Source: Promethearchaeota archaeon
GTDB taxonomy: Archaea > Asgardarchaeota > Lokiarchaeia > Sigyniarchaeales > SOKP01
DNA: 10,709 nt
Assembly (NCBI GenBank): GCA_019057865.1
Contig: JAHLWP010000072.1
Location: forward strand, 1-10,709
Direction: 5' to 3'
Part shown: in pieces, positions 1 to 7,856 of the stretch
Layout of the letters: every line of letters begins with the position of its first letter
How positions within the stretch are numbered: position 1 is the first letter of the stretch
The notes under the pieces: generated by a model
The model's database searches: none
What the model was told of the DNA's origin: nothing
The model's input: the letters and a program-made list of their open reading frames with translations, nothing else
Made by a program: the position numbers and the translations under genes

Positions 1-98
1 CTCATATTATTTAGGAATTGAATTTCTAATTTAAATTAATCCTAGAAAAATTAAGTCTTTCAAGTCATGAGGGAGTACTATTGCACTATTGGTTATGT

Positions 99-254
99 TT
101 ATTTTTCGTTTTTATTAGTGTTTAATGTCTCATCATGAAATCCTGCGAATTCCAACAGGAGATTTACACATTCAGAATAAGTTTTACATCCTTTTTTTTC
201 CATATATCCCTTTAGTCTTTCTTTTACTATATTATTAAGGTCAATTGTAGCCAT
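99..254 (-). CDS. Small ribbon-helix-helix (CopG/archaeal antitoxin-like) DNA-binding protein, 51 aa; not in ORF track
   Basis: Manual translation: MATIDLNNIVKERLKGYMEKKGCKTYSECVNLLLEFAGFHDETLNTNKNEK* (ATG 254, TAA 101-99). Pattern M-x-T-I-x-L (beta strand), VKERL (helix 1), G-x-x-T-Y-S-E-x-V-x-x-LL (helix 2) fits RHH proteins as recalled. Confidence 0.7.
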   Translation of the reverse strand: MATIDLNNIVKERLKGYMEKKGCKTYSECVNLLLEFAGFHDETLNTNKNEK

Positions 255-431
255 ATTAGTTCAAGATAGTTAGAAAAATGTAATTAAATTATAATTGTTT
301 TAAGTGTTTTTTAATAATTTCGCTTATATTTTACAAATTTATCGAATTATTATGATCATTTGAAAATATATGTCGTTAAATAACACTTATATAGCATTAT
401 GATGATATATACCTAGTCAAAATAAAATAGG

Positions 432-2225
432 ATGAGAAGTTTATACATTTTTGGCGAAAATAAAATGAAGACAGAAATAAAAGCAACAGTAGGTTTGATT
501 TTTATAGGGATTATCTTAGTAGGATCGCCAATTATCAACACCAAATTTGATAAGTATCAATCTGAAAATTATGAAAAATTGGATATTAAAACTAGATACG
601 ACTTAAAAGGAGCGGGATCTTGGAAAGCTAATGGAACAGTTATATGTAATGCTAGTGATAGTCAAAATCTACCTAAGATTTGCAGTGATGGAACTGGGGG
701 AGCGATTATCACATGGCATGATAATAGAAACGGAGCTAATTTAGATGTTTACGCACAGATGATTGATTCAAACGGGAATGTAAATTGGACTACTAATGGC
801 GTAGCGATAGGTGCAGCAAGTGGCGATCAATCCTACCCTGAAATTTGCAGTGATGGAGAAGGAGGAGCGATAATCGTGTTCAATGATTATCGAGGGGGAG
901 CTACCTCAGATATATATGCTCAAAGGATTGATTCAAACGGAAATGTACAATGGATTCCTAATGGCGTTGCAATATGCACAGCTAGTTATTATCAACTTTT
1001 ACCTCAAATTTGCAGTGATGGAGAAGGAGGAGCGATAATCATATGGAACGATTTTAGAGGTGGAAGTTACTCAGATATTTATGCTCAAAGGATTGATTCA
1101 AACGGGAATGTACAATGGACTCCTAATGGCGTAGCGATTTGTATACAAAGTTATAATCAGCTTCAAACTAAAATTTGCAGTGACGGAGCTGGGGGTGCGG
1201 TTATCATGTGGAGGGATTATAGAAACGGAAATAATTTTGATATTTACGCTCAGAAGATTGATTCTAATGGAAATACACAATGGAATGCCAATGGTGTAGC
1301 AATATGTACAGCAAGTAGTGACCAATATTACCCTAAAATTTGCTCTGATGGGGCAGGAGGTGCGATTATTACGTGGTATGATAATGGTATTAGAGCCTTC
1401 TGGGATATTTATGCTCAAAGAATTGATTCAAACGGGAATGTACAATGGACTACAGATGGCGTAGCGATATGTACCGCAGAAAATGAACAACTTGTCTCTC
1501 AACTTTGCAATGATGGAGCAGGGGGAGCAATCATTACTTGGTATGATTATAGGAGTGGAATTTACTCAGATATTTATGCTCAAAGGATTAATTCAAATGG
1601 GAATGTGCAATGGGCTATGGATGGCGTTGCGATTTGTACAGCGGAAAATGAACAACTTGCCCCTCAAATTTGCAGTGATGGAGCAGGAGGAGCTATAATC
1701 ATATGGAATGATTTTAGAAGTGTATCTTATTCAGATATTTATGCCCAGCAGATTAACTCAACCGGGAATGTACAATGGACTGTCGATGGTATAGAGATAT
1801 GTACAGCAGATAATGAACAAATAAACCCTCAAATTTGTAGGGATGGACTTGGGTCTGCAATTATCACATGGGAAGATTATAGAAATGAATTGGATGTTGA
1901 TATTTACGCACAAATGATAATTGAATTCCCTGATGAAACACCTCCAAAAGTTTTTAATATTAATCCTGGTCTTATAATTATAGTTGTCTTAAGCATTCTT
2001 GGAGGAGCAGGAATTGCAGCTTCTGTTTATTTAATATACACAAAAAGAAAAGGAATTATTAGAGTAATTACGGGAGAAGGGAAGGAAATTCAAAAAATAC
2101 CAGTAAAACCGAAAATGACTGAAAAAGCACAGTTATTATTATCTTTCTGCCCATTCTGTGGGATTAAATTAAGGGTAATAGGAAAATATTGTACGAACTG
2201 TGGAAAGAAAATGATTCCTGAATGA
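432..2225 (+). CDS. Membrane-anchored surface repeat protein: signal/TM segment, 8 x 55-aa repeats (probable beta-propeller), C-terminal TM helix, cytoplasmic zinc ribbon
   Basis: 597-aa ORF; the true start may be the ATG at 465 (MKTEIK). N-terminal hydrophobic VGLIFIGIILVG. Repeat consensus WxxNGVAICxxxxxQxxPxICSDGxGGAIIxWxDxRxxxxxDIYAQRIDSNGNVQ. TM LIIIVVLSILGGAGIAASVYLIY (~1971-2039) followed by TKRK. CPFC-x10-CTNC at 2148-2201. Confidence 0.9.
   Translation: MRSLYIFGENKMKTEIKATVGLIFIGIILVGSPIINTKFDKYQSENYEKLDIKTRYDLKGAGSWKANGTVICNASDSQNLPKICSDGTGGAIITWHDNRNGANLDVYAQMIDSNGNVNWTTNGVAIGAASGDQSYPEICSDGEGGAIIVFNDYRGGATSDIYAQRIDSNGNVQWIPNGVAICTASYYQLLPQICSDGEGGAIIIWNDFRGGSYSDIYAQRIDSNGNVQWTPNGVAICIQSYNQLQTKICSDGAGGAVIMWRDYRNGNNFDIYAQKIDSNGNTQWNANGVAICTASSDQYYPKICSDGAGGAIITWYDNGIRAFWDIYAQRIDSNGNVQWTTDGVAICTAENEQLVSQLCNDGAGGAIITWYDYRSGIYSDIYAQRINSNGNVQWAMDGVAICTAENEQLAPQICSDGAGGAIIIWNDFRSVSYSDIYAQQINSTGNVQWTVDGIEICTADNEQINPQICRDGLGSAIITWEDYRNELDVDIYAQMIIEFPDETPPKVFNINPGLIIIVVLSILGGAGIAASVYLIYTKRKGIIRVITGEGKEIQKIPVKPKMTEKAQLLLSFCPFCGIKLRVIGKYCTNCGKKMIPE
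621..1919 (+). repeat. Intragenic tandem repeat, 8 units with an exact 165-bp period (unit starts 621, 786, 951, 1116, 1281, 1446, 1611, 1776)
   Basis: A TGG (Trp) codon occurs at every unit start and there are no indels between units; the last unit diverges after ~48 codons. Long shared nucleotide blocks, e.g. 841-875 is identical to 1006-1040 (35 nt). Confidence 0.95.
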
Positions 2226-2227
2226 AA

Positions 2228-2268
2228 TTTTTTTTAATAAATGCGAAATTTTAATTGAAAAAAAAAAA
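2228..2268. terminator. Probable convergent oligo-T terminators (T8 on + at 2228-2235; A11 at 2258-2268, i.e. T11 on -)
   Basis: T tracts lie just downstream of two convergent genes; oligo-T termination is established in archaea. Confidence 0.5.
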
Positions 2269-2306
2269 TTGTATTTTAAGATGAATTTTTTATAGTTATT
2301 TTATCC

Positions 2307-2627
2307 TTAAGGTGCTTTTAGGCCTACTAAAGGCATGGCTTCAACTACATCATAAGCAATATGAAGTTCAAATCGATATCCTTCGACAGGTGCCAACATT
2401 AACAGACGATTATATGATAAATCCATAGCTTCTTTAACTTTTCCTGGTTGAACAGAGGAAATGACAATACCATGCATACCCTCTTGTTCAGACCATATTG
2501 CACTACGTACAACCGGTTTAGCTACAGATTTATCGTCAGGATATTTTTTCATTACTTCAAGATATAATTTTCCTACCTGCTCGGATTTCCCATGAGGCCA
2601 CCAACTTTCTATTAAAATATATACCAA
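2307..2627 (-). CDS. Hypothetical ~106-aa protein, possibly a ferredoxin-like/dimeric alpha-beta barrel (GYD/DUF3303-like)
   Basis: The ORF track gives 2307-2636, but the GTG at 2636 lies inside an AGGTGA SD motif, so the TTG at 2627 (MVYILIESWWP...) is the likelier start. Alternating strand/helix pattern ending in xxEAMxLVG; the fold is inference. Confidence 0.75.
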   Translation of the reverse strand: MVYILIESWWPHGKSEQVGKLYLEVMKKYPDDKSVAKPVVRSAIWSEQEGMHGIVISSVQPGKVKEAMDLSYNRLLMLAPVEGYRFELHIAYDVVEAMPLVGLKAP

Positions 2628-2847
2628 ACTTATCACCTTCTTTTAATTATTTAAAATATTGGGTTTCAGTAGTGTATAAAAAATAGTAAATTGTGAATTT
2701 AATTTTTACTATCTAAAAAAAATTATGGTCATTCAAGTATTATTATAAAAAAGGTTATTTTCGATAAGATATTAGTATTCATATTAATACTATTTAAGAT
2801 CATAATTCTAGGGCATCTTAGAATAATTAAACACAACACCACTTATA

Positions 2848-3039
2848 ATGGAAATATTTAAAGAGATTAGGCAACGAGAGGAAGAGAATCCTATCCCCAT
2901 TCCTTATTGCGAAAACTGTGGAAAAAACATCGTGAATAGTAAATGGAATAAACACTATCACCATATCAATATATGCCAAGAACCAGTAAAGCGATTTTTC
3001 TGTTCCCGTCAATGTAAATTAAGTTGGATTTTTAGATAA
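2848..3039 (+). CDS. Small FCS/TRASH-like treble-clef zinc-finger protein, 63 aa
   Basis: YCENCGKNI...FFCSRQCK: CxxC followed by an FCSxxC motif. Confidence 0.75.
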   Translation: MEIFKEIRQREEENPIPIPYCENCGKNIVNSKWNKHYHHINICQEPVKRFFCSRQCKLSWIFR

Positions 3040-3110
3040 GGGGAGAGGACAAGGAATAAGGAATATAACCAAAAGAAATAAAAAGTAGTAAAACCTTAAG
3101 TTTCTTATTT

Positions 3111-3551
3111 CTATTTTTTAAATCCTTCAGCATCTAATCGCTCATTACACAACTCATCGCATCGTTCTATATAGGAATTGTTTCTACCGACAAAGAAAAA
3201 CTCCACTTTTTCATATTTCTCGCAGAGCCGATACACCTCGCTACAGAGTTTCGACAGGTGCGGCTTATTGATTTTCCATTTTTTATTGATTTGCTGTACG
3301 GCAAGGTTGCTGTCGGAGTACATTTGTAGGTGCCCCCTATGGAACTTTTCAGCCGTCTTTAGCGCGTTGATAATTGCTTGATATTCCGCAGTGTTGTTGG
3401 TCGCAGTTCGGATGTAATCGCATCCTTCATGGATAATCTCATCATTATGAACAAATAGGAAAGCACAGGCAGTCGGACCAGGATTACCACGAGCAGCGCC
3501 ATCGGTATAAATGTTAAGGATATCTCCTTTTTTAATTGTATTTTTACTCAT
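3111..3551 (-). CDS. rnhA: Ribonuclease HI (type 1 RNase H, archaeal/short type)
   Basis: Motifs IYTDGAARGNPGP, TNNTAEYQAII, YSDSNLAVQQI..KWKI and CDELCN. Acidic catalytic set D17, E56, D80, D132 is present. Confidence 0.93.
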   Translation of the reverse strand: MSKNTIKKGDILNIYTDGAARGNPGPTACAFLFVHNDEIIHEGCDYIRTATNNTAEYQAIINALKTAEKFHRGHLQMYSDSNLAVQQINKKWKINKPHLSKLCSEVYRLCEKYEKVEFFFVGRNNSYIERCDELCNERLDAEGFKK

Positions 3552-3612
3552 ATGAAAGATAAATCAATTTTTTAATTTAAATTTATAAACCTATAAAGAC
3601 TTATACAAAAGA

Positions 3613-3627
3613 TATCAGATTCTGATA
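3613..3627. promoter_or_regulatory. Perfect 7-1-7 palindrome TATCAGA-T-TCTGATA between divergent rnhA and ABC genes; candidate operator
   Basis: Inverted repeat read directly, ~60 bp upstream of the rnhA start and just beyond a TATA-like TTTATAAA (3582-3589). Function is inferred. Confidence 0.35.
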
Positions 3628-3903
3628 ATAGATTTTCTTACATTTATGGAAAAATCTTTATATATTATATTTATATATTTTCCAACTATCCATTCTTGAT
3701 TCCAATTCATTACTCATATGAATCAATAATTTTTTTTAGTTATTATAAATGCTGATTCTTTAACATAAATATCAACTTAATGTCAAATATATATTATATT
3801 TAAAAGTCCAGATTTTTTCTAATTTCTACATTAACTTTTTCCACTAATCTTTTATGATTTAAGAAATTCTTAATATCAAACGAACCATTAAAAATTTGCA
3901 TAT

Positions 3904-5679
3904 ATGAACTCAAAACAAAGGGCCTATAAGAGCTATCTAACTTGGCTCTTACATCACCTAATTAAACAGAAGTTTTTAATGATATTCGTGATTTTAGGAA
4001 TTATTCTCGTTACATTAACAAGGACTTTAATTCCTCTTATTCTAGGAGACATTATTGATAAAACTATTATGATTAGCGATATTAAAGAGATAATGCCGTT
4101 AATTCTCACAGTGCTTTTTCTTTATATCACTAATATAGTATTGGATTATGGCTCTATGATGGCAGGACATTTTTTAGGCTTGAAGACGGAACAAAATATG
4201 CGAACAGAATTTTTTGATGTAATCCAATCAAAGCCTTTAAAATACCATGATAGTGCTAGAACAGGTGATTTACAAGCACTTGCTACTAATGATCTACGAA
4301 TTGTAAACACTATGGTCTCTCACGGTGCTTTCTTTATTTATCCATTCATTCAGGTGGCGATAGTGGCTTATATATTATTTGGCGTTCTTGATTTAAGGCT
4401 AGCTTTATTTTTTTTTCCATTCCTCATTTTTTACATTTATTTTATTCTTTATTATCGAAAGAAACTTGCCCCTTTTGTTGCTGCACGCATGGAAAAGCAT
4501 TCAAAAATCGTGATTATACTTCAAGATAATATAAGTGGTACTGCAGTGATAAAGACCTTTACAACTGAAAAGTCAGAAAAGAAAAAATTTCTTTCAGCAG
4601 TACGTGCTTTTAGAGATAATTGGATTGGAGAAAATGAAGTTCAGTCCAAGTATTACCCACTTTTAACTCTTTATATTGCTATAAGTATACTTTTTCTTAT
4701 AAGTTGTAATTTTGTCTACTTTGATATGCTAACAATCGGTGAATTAGTTGCTGCGAATTTACTCTTAACGACTCTTGTTGATCCAACGAATTTAATCTTC
4801 TGGGCAACTAATGATATGATGAGTGGTTTTGCTGCATGTTCACGACTGTTTAAAGCACTATCCAAAGGTGAAAGTGAGAAAAGTAATAATTTAGTTAAGA
4901 GTTGGCCTAAGAATTTTAAAGGGAAAATAGAATTTAAAGATGTGTCTTTCTCTTATGAAGATAAAGGAAAAATAAGTATACCCGTTTTTAAAAAGCTTAA
5001 TTTCTCAATTGAACCGCAACAAACAATTGCTTTAGTCGGACCGACAGGATGCGGAAAAACTACTCTTGCTAAATTAATTTTATCTCTATATAAACCAAAA
5101 GAGGGTAAAATTCTCTTGGATAATGTAAACATACAAGATTATCCTCTTGAAGTATTAAGGAAACATGTAGGTTATATTGAACAGGATATTTATCTTTTTC
5201 CACGATCTATTAAAGAAAATATTGCATTTGGTAAACCTGATGCTGCAGAACAAGATATTATTAAAGTTGCTAAATTAGCACAAGTGGATGAGTTTGTACA
5301 AAACTTTCCTAACGGTTATGAAACCATAGTTGGTGAAAGAGGCACACGATTATCTGGAGGAGAAAGACAAAGAATTGCAATAGCTCGTGCTCTTTTAACA
5401 GAACCGGATATTGTAATTCTTGACGATTCAGTTTCAGCAGTAGATAGTGAAACCGAAGAAAAAATTGGACGTGCTATTGAAAATGTCTTAAAAAATAGAA
5501 CTACAATTATAATAACTCATCGTTTAAATACCATTAGGACTTCTGACAAGATTTTAGTCCTTAAAGATGGAACAATCACAGCAGAAGGTAACCATCAAGA
5601 GTTAATACAGAGATCAGAAGATTATAGGCGAATATATGGGAAACATCTTGAATTACCAGAAATTAAAATTGAGGATTAG
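3904..5679 (+). CDS. ABC exporter half-transporter (TMD+NBD), subunit A of a heterodimer (MdlA/TM287-like), non-canonical Walker B
   Basis: Multiple TM segments, Walker A GPTGCGKT, signature LSGGERQR, Walker B IVILDD (Asp replaces the catalytic Glu), H-loop ITHR. Confidence 0.95.
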   Translation: MNSKQRAYKSYLTWLLHHLIKQKFLMIFVILGIILVTLTRTLIPLILGDIIDKTIMISDIKEIMPLILTVLFLYITNIVLDYGSMMAGHFLGLKTEQNMRTEFFDVIQSKPLKYHDSARTGDLQALATNDLRIVNTMVSHGAFFIYPFIQVAIVAYILFGVLDLRLALFFFPFLIFYIYFILYYRKKLAPFVAARMEKHSKIVIILQDNISGTAVIKTFTTEKSEKKKFLSAVRAFRDNWIGENEVQSKYYPLLTLYIAISILFLISCNFVYFDMLTIGELVAANLLLTTLVDPTNLIFWATNDMMSGFAACSRLFKALSKGESEKSNNLVKSWPKNFKGKIEFKDVSFSYEDKGKISIPVFKKLNFSIEPQQTIALVGPTGCGKTTLAKLILSLYKPKEGKILLDNVNIQDYPLEVLRKHVGYIEQDIYLFPRSIKENIAFGKPDAAEQDIIKVAKLAQVDEFVQNFPNGYETIVGERGTRLSGGERQRIAIARALLTEPDIVILDDSVSAVDSETEEKIGRAIENVLKNRTTIIITHRLNTIRTSDKILVLKDGTITAEGNHQELIQRSEDYRRIYGKHLELPEIKIED

Positions 5680-5694
5680 TAAGGGGGTATTACT

Positions 5695-7494
5695 TTGGGA
5701 CTTTATTCTGGCTTGATTAAGCAGCAGAGAAAGCAGCATTATTCTGATCGAGAGTTATTCGTTCGATACACGAAAAGATTGGCTCCTTATAAAAGGAGTA
5801 TATTTTTAATTACTTTATTTATTCTCATCTCTACTATTGCAGAAATTACTAGTCCCTTAATAGTAGGATTTGGGGTTGATGAATTATCTTCTATAAACAG
5901 TGACTTTTTATTAATAATAATTCTTGCCTTGACTTACGTTTTTCTATCTGCCATTGATTGGTTAATGTTTTTTTTACGTAGAAGAGAATACGGAAATTTT
6001 GTCCCTCATTTCTTAGAAAATCTCCGAATGGATATTTATGATAAATTGCAAATGCAAGACATGACTTTTTTTGACAAGTATCAGAGTGGCGCTTTAAACA
6101 CGAGAGTTTCAAATGATGCTTTAGATTTTGGAGATACGACCCCTTTAATATCAGAGACAGCTGGTAATTTTCTCATTAGTATATTAACATTTGCTATTTT
6201 AGCATTCTTAAATTTAAATCTTGCCCTTATAGCTTTAATTGCTGTACCATTCGTATTTTTATTGATGATTTCTCTTAGAAAGCTAGCAAGAATAGTCAGT
6301 AGAGCTTATCGAAAGGCAATAGAGAATGTTAATAATGCAATGGTAGAATCCATAGAAGGTATTCATGTTTCTAAAAGTTATGGTCAAGAAGCAACAATCT
6401 CAAATCAATTTAACGAGATTAACAAGGATTATTTCAAATCAACTTTTAAATTGACAGCAGTAACACATCTATGGAGACATTTATTAAACATAATTGCATC
6501 AATTACCTTATTAGTGATTTTATATTTTGGTGGACAGCTTGTTATAGAAGATAATTTAACCACTGGAACAATTTTTATATTTATACTTTATCTCCAACGA
6601 TTTTTTAGACCGATAATGGTTCTCTCTACATTTTTTCCTCAACTTAGCTCTGGAATGGCTGCTTATGAACGTATTCTTGAAATACTTGATTCTGAACCAA
6701 ACGTAAAACAAAATGTTGGAGCAATAGAAGTAGGAGAATTGGAAGGAGAGATTTTTTTTGAAAATGTTAGCTTTTACTACAGAGATGATGAATGGGTTTT
6801 TAAAGAATTTAATCTTAGAGTAGGAAAAGGAGAAAAACTAGCGATTGTTGGACACACAGGAGCAGGAAAAACCTCATTAGTATCACTTTTAGCGCGTTTT
6901 TATGAATTTCAAGGAGGATCAATTAAAATCGATGGAATTGATATTAGAAATATAACGTTGGATTCATTTAGAAGAAATATTGGGATAGTTCAACAGGAAG
7001 TATTTTTATTTTCAGGTACGTTAGAAAAAAATATTCGTTATGGAAAACGCGACGCTTCTGAAGAAGAACTATGGAACGCGATTAGAACGGTTCATGCTGA
7101 AGAACTTATCAAATATTTACCCAAAGGTATAGAAACACGAGTAGGTGAAAGAGGAAAGGGATTATCTACAGGGCAAAAGCAAATCATTAGTTTTGCTCGA
7201 GCGATCTTGAGTAATCCAAAAATTCTTATCCTTGATGAAGCAACTTCAAGTGTAGATGCCTATACTGAGACAATAATTCAAGAAGCTCTTCAAGAATTAT
7301 TAACTAATCGTACATCAATAATAATTGCTCATAGGTTATCAACTGTTGTTAATGCGGATAGAATCATTGTAATGGATCATGGAAAAATCATTGAAGAAGG
7401 AACTCATGATTCTTTACTTGCCAAAGGTGGAAAATATGCTCTACTTTATAAGCAATATTTTGAGCATCAAAGTCTTGATTGGCACACGAGTTAA
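5695..7494 (+). CDS. ABC exporter half-transporter (TMD+NBD), subunit B of a heterodimer (MdlB/TM288-like)
   Basis: TTG start 15 bp after the subunit A stop, with a G-rich SD. Walker A GHTGAGKT, degenerate signature LSTGQ, Walker B ILILDE, H-loop IAHR. Confidence 0.95.
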   Translation: MGLYSGLIKQQRKQHYSDRELFVRYTKRLAPYKRSIFLITLFILISTIAEITSPLIVGFGVDELSSINSDFLLIIILALTYVFLSAIDWLMFFLRRREYGNFVPHFLENLRMDIYDKLQMQDMTFFDKYQSGALNTRVSNDALDFGDTTPLISETAGNFLISILTFAILAFLNLNLALIALIAVPFVFLLMISLRKLARIVSRAYRKAIENVNNAMVESIEGIHVSKSYGQEATISNQFNEINKDYFKSTFKLTAVTHLWRHLLNIIASITLLVILYFGGQLVIEDNLTTGTIFIFILYLQRFFRPIMVLSTFFPQLSSGMAAYERILEILDSEPNVKQNVGAIEVGELEGEIFFENVSFYYRDDEWVFKEFNLRVGKGEKLAIVGHTGAGKTSLVSLLARFYEFQGGSIKIDGIDIRNITLDSFRRNIGIVQQEVFLFSGTLEKNIRYGKRDASEEELWNAIRTVHAEELIKYLPKGIETRVGERGKGLSTGQKQIISFARAILSNPKILILDEATSSVDAYTETIIQEALQELLTNRTSIIIAHRLSTVVNADRIIVMDHGKIIEEGTHDSLLAKGGKYALLYKQYFEHQSLDWHTS

Positions 7495-7571
7495 AGCAAA
7501 TTAAAAATTAATTAATTATTATAATTTATTCCAAATTTAATATTTAATTAACTATTGATGCAAATTTTAAT

Positions 7572-7790
7572 CTATTTATAATAGAGGTGCGGCTTATCGA
7601 TTTTCCATTTTTTATTGATTTGCTGTACGGCTAGGTTGCTGTCGGAATACACTTGTAGGTGCCCCTTATGGAACATTTCAGCCGTCTTTAGCGCGTTGAT
7701 AATTGCTTGATAATCAGCGGTTTTTGATATAAGGTTAGAACCTTCAAGTTTTAAGGATTTTATAAATGAAATTTCTTTGTTTATTTTCAT
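7572..7790 (-). other. 72-aa chimeric ORF: unrelated N-terminus fused in frame to the rnhA middle fragment
   Basis: MKINKEISFIKSLKLEGSNLISK + TADYQAIINALKTAEMFHKGHLQVYSDSNLAVQQINKKWKIDKPHL + YYK*. Lacks the D17 and D132 equivalents and has E56 replaced by D. Expression unknown. Confidence 0.4.
7585..7712 (-). pseudogene. rnhA: Internal rnhA fragment (codons 57-99); direct repeat of 3256-3383
   Basis: Manual alignment: 122/128 identical, no gaps, offset 4329 bp. Weaker similarity continues to ~7724 (TADY vs TAEY). Confidence 0.95.
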
Positions 7791-7856
7791 AATTTTTATA
7801 TACTAGTTTGTATAATTTATTGCACGAACCAACTTTAATAAAAATAGGTGAAATTT

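Noticed and set aside
1098-1698. ORFs 1098-1418 (-) and 1483-1698 (+)
   Set aside because: Shadow frames of the repeat gene with no independent motifs.
621-1919. CRISPR-like array (regular period, conserved blocks with variable segments)
   Set aside because: The period is 165 bp (55 codons) inside an intact ORF with many synonymous differences, so it is a protein repeat; no cas genes are present.
3037-3081. Possible premature stop or read-through extending the Zn finger by GERTRNKEYNQKK
   Set aside because: The stop is TAA (not a Sec/Pyl codon), the domain is already complete, and a 13-codon open stretch is unremarkable without homologue data.
2827-3381. ORFs 2827-3012 (-) and 3178-3381 (+)
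   Set aside because: Antisense to the better-supported Zn finger and rnhA genes.
3384-7584. Transposon or integrative element carrying the ABC pair
   Set aside because: No transposase or integrase, terminal inverted repeats or tRNA target were seen; only the rnhA-derived direct repeat is supported.
7585-7712. DGR template/variable repeat pair with 3256-3383 (the size fits)
   Set aside because: The six mismatches are not adenine-specific in either copy or strand (coding strand: rnhA A,T,C,A,G,A vs copy G,A,T,G,A,T), and there is no reverse transcriptase in the window.
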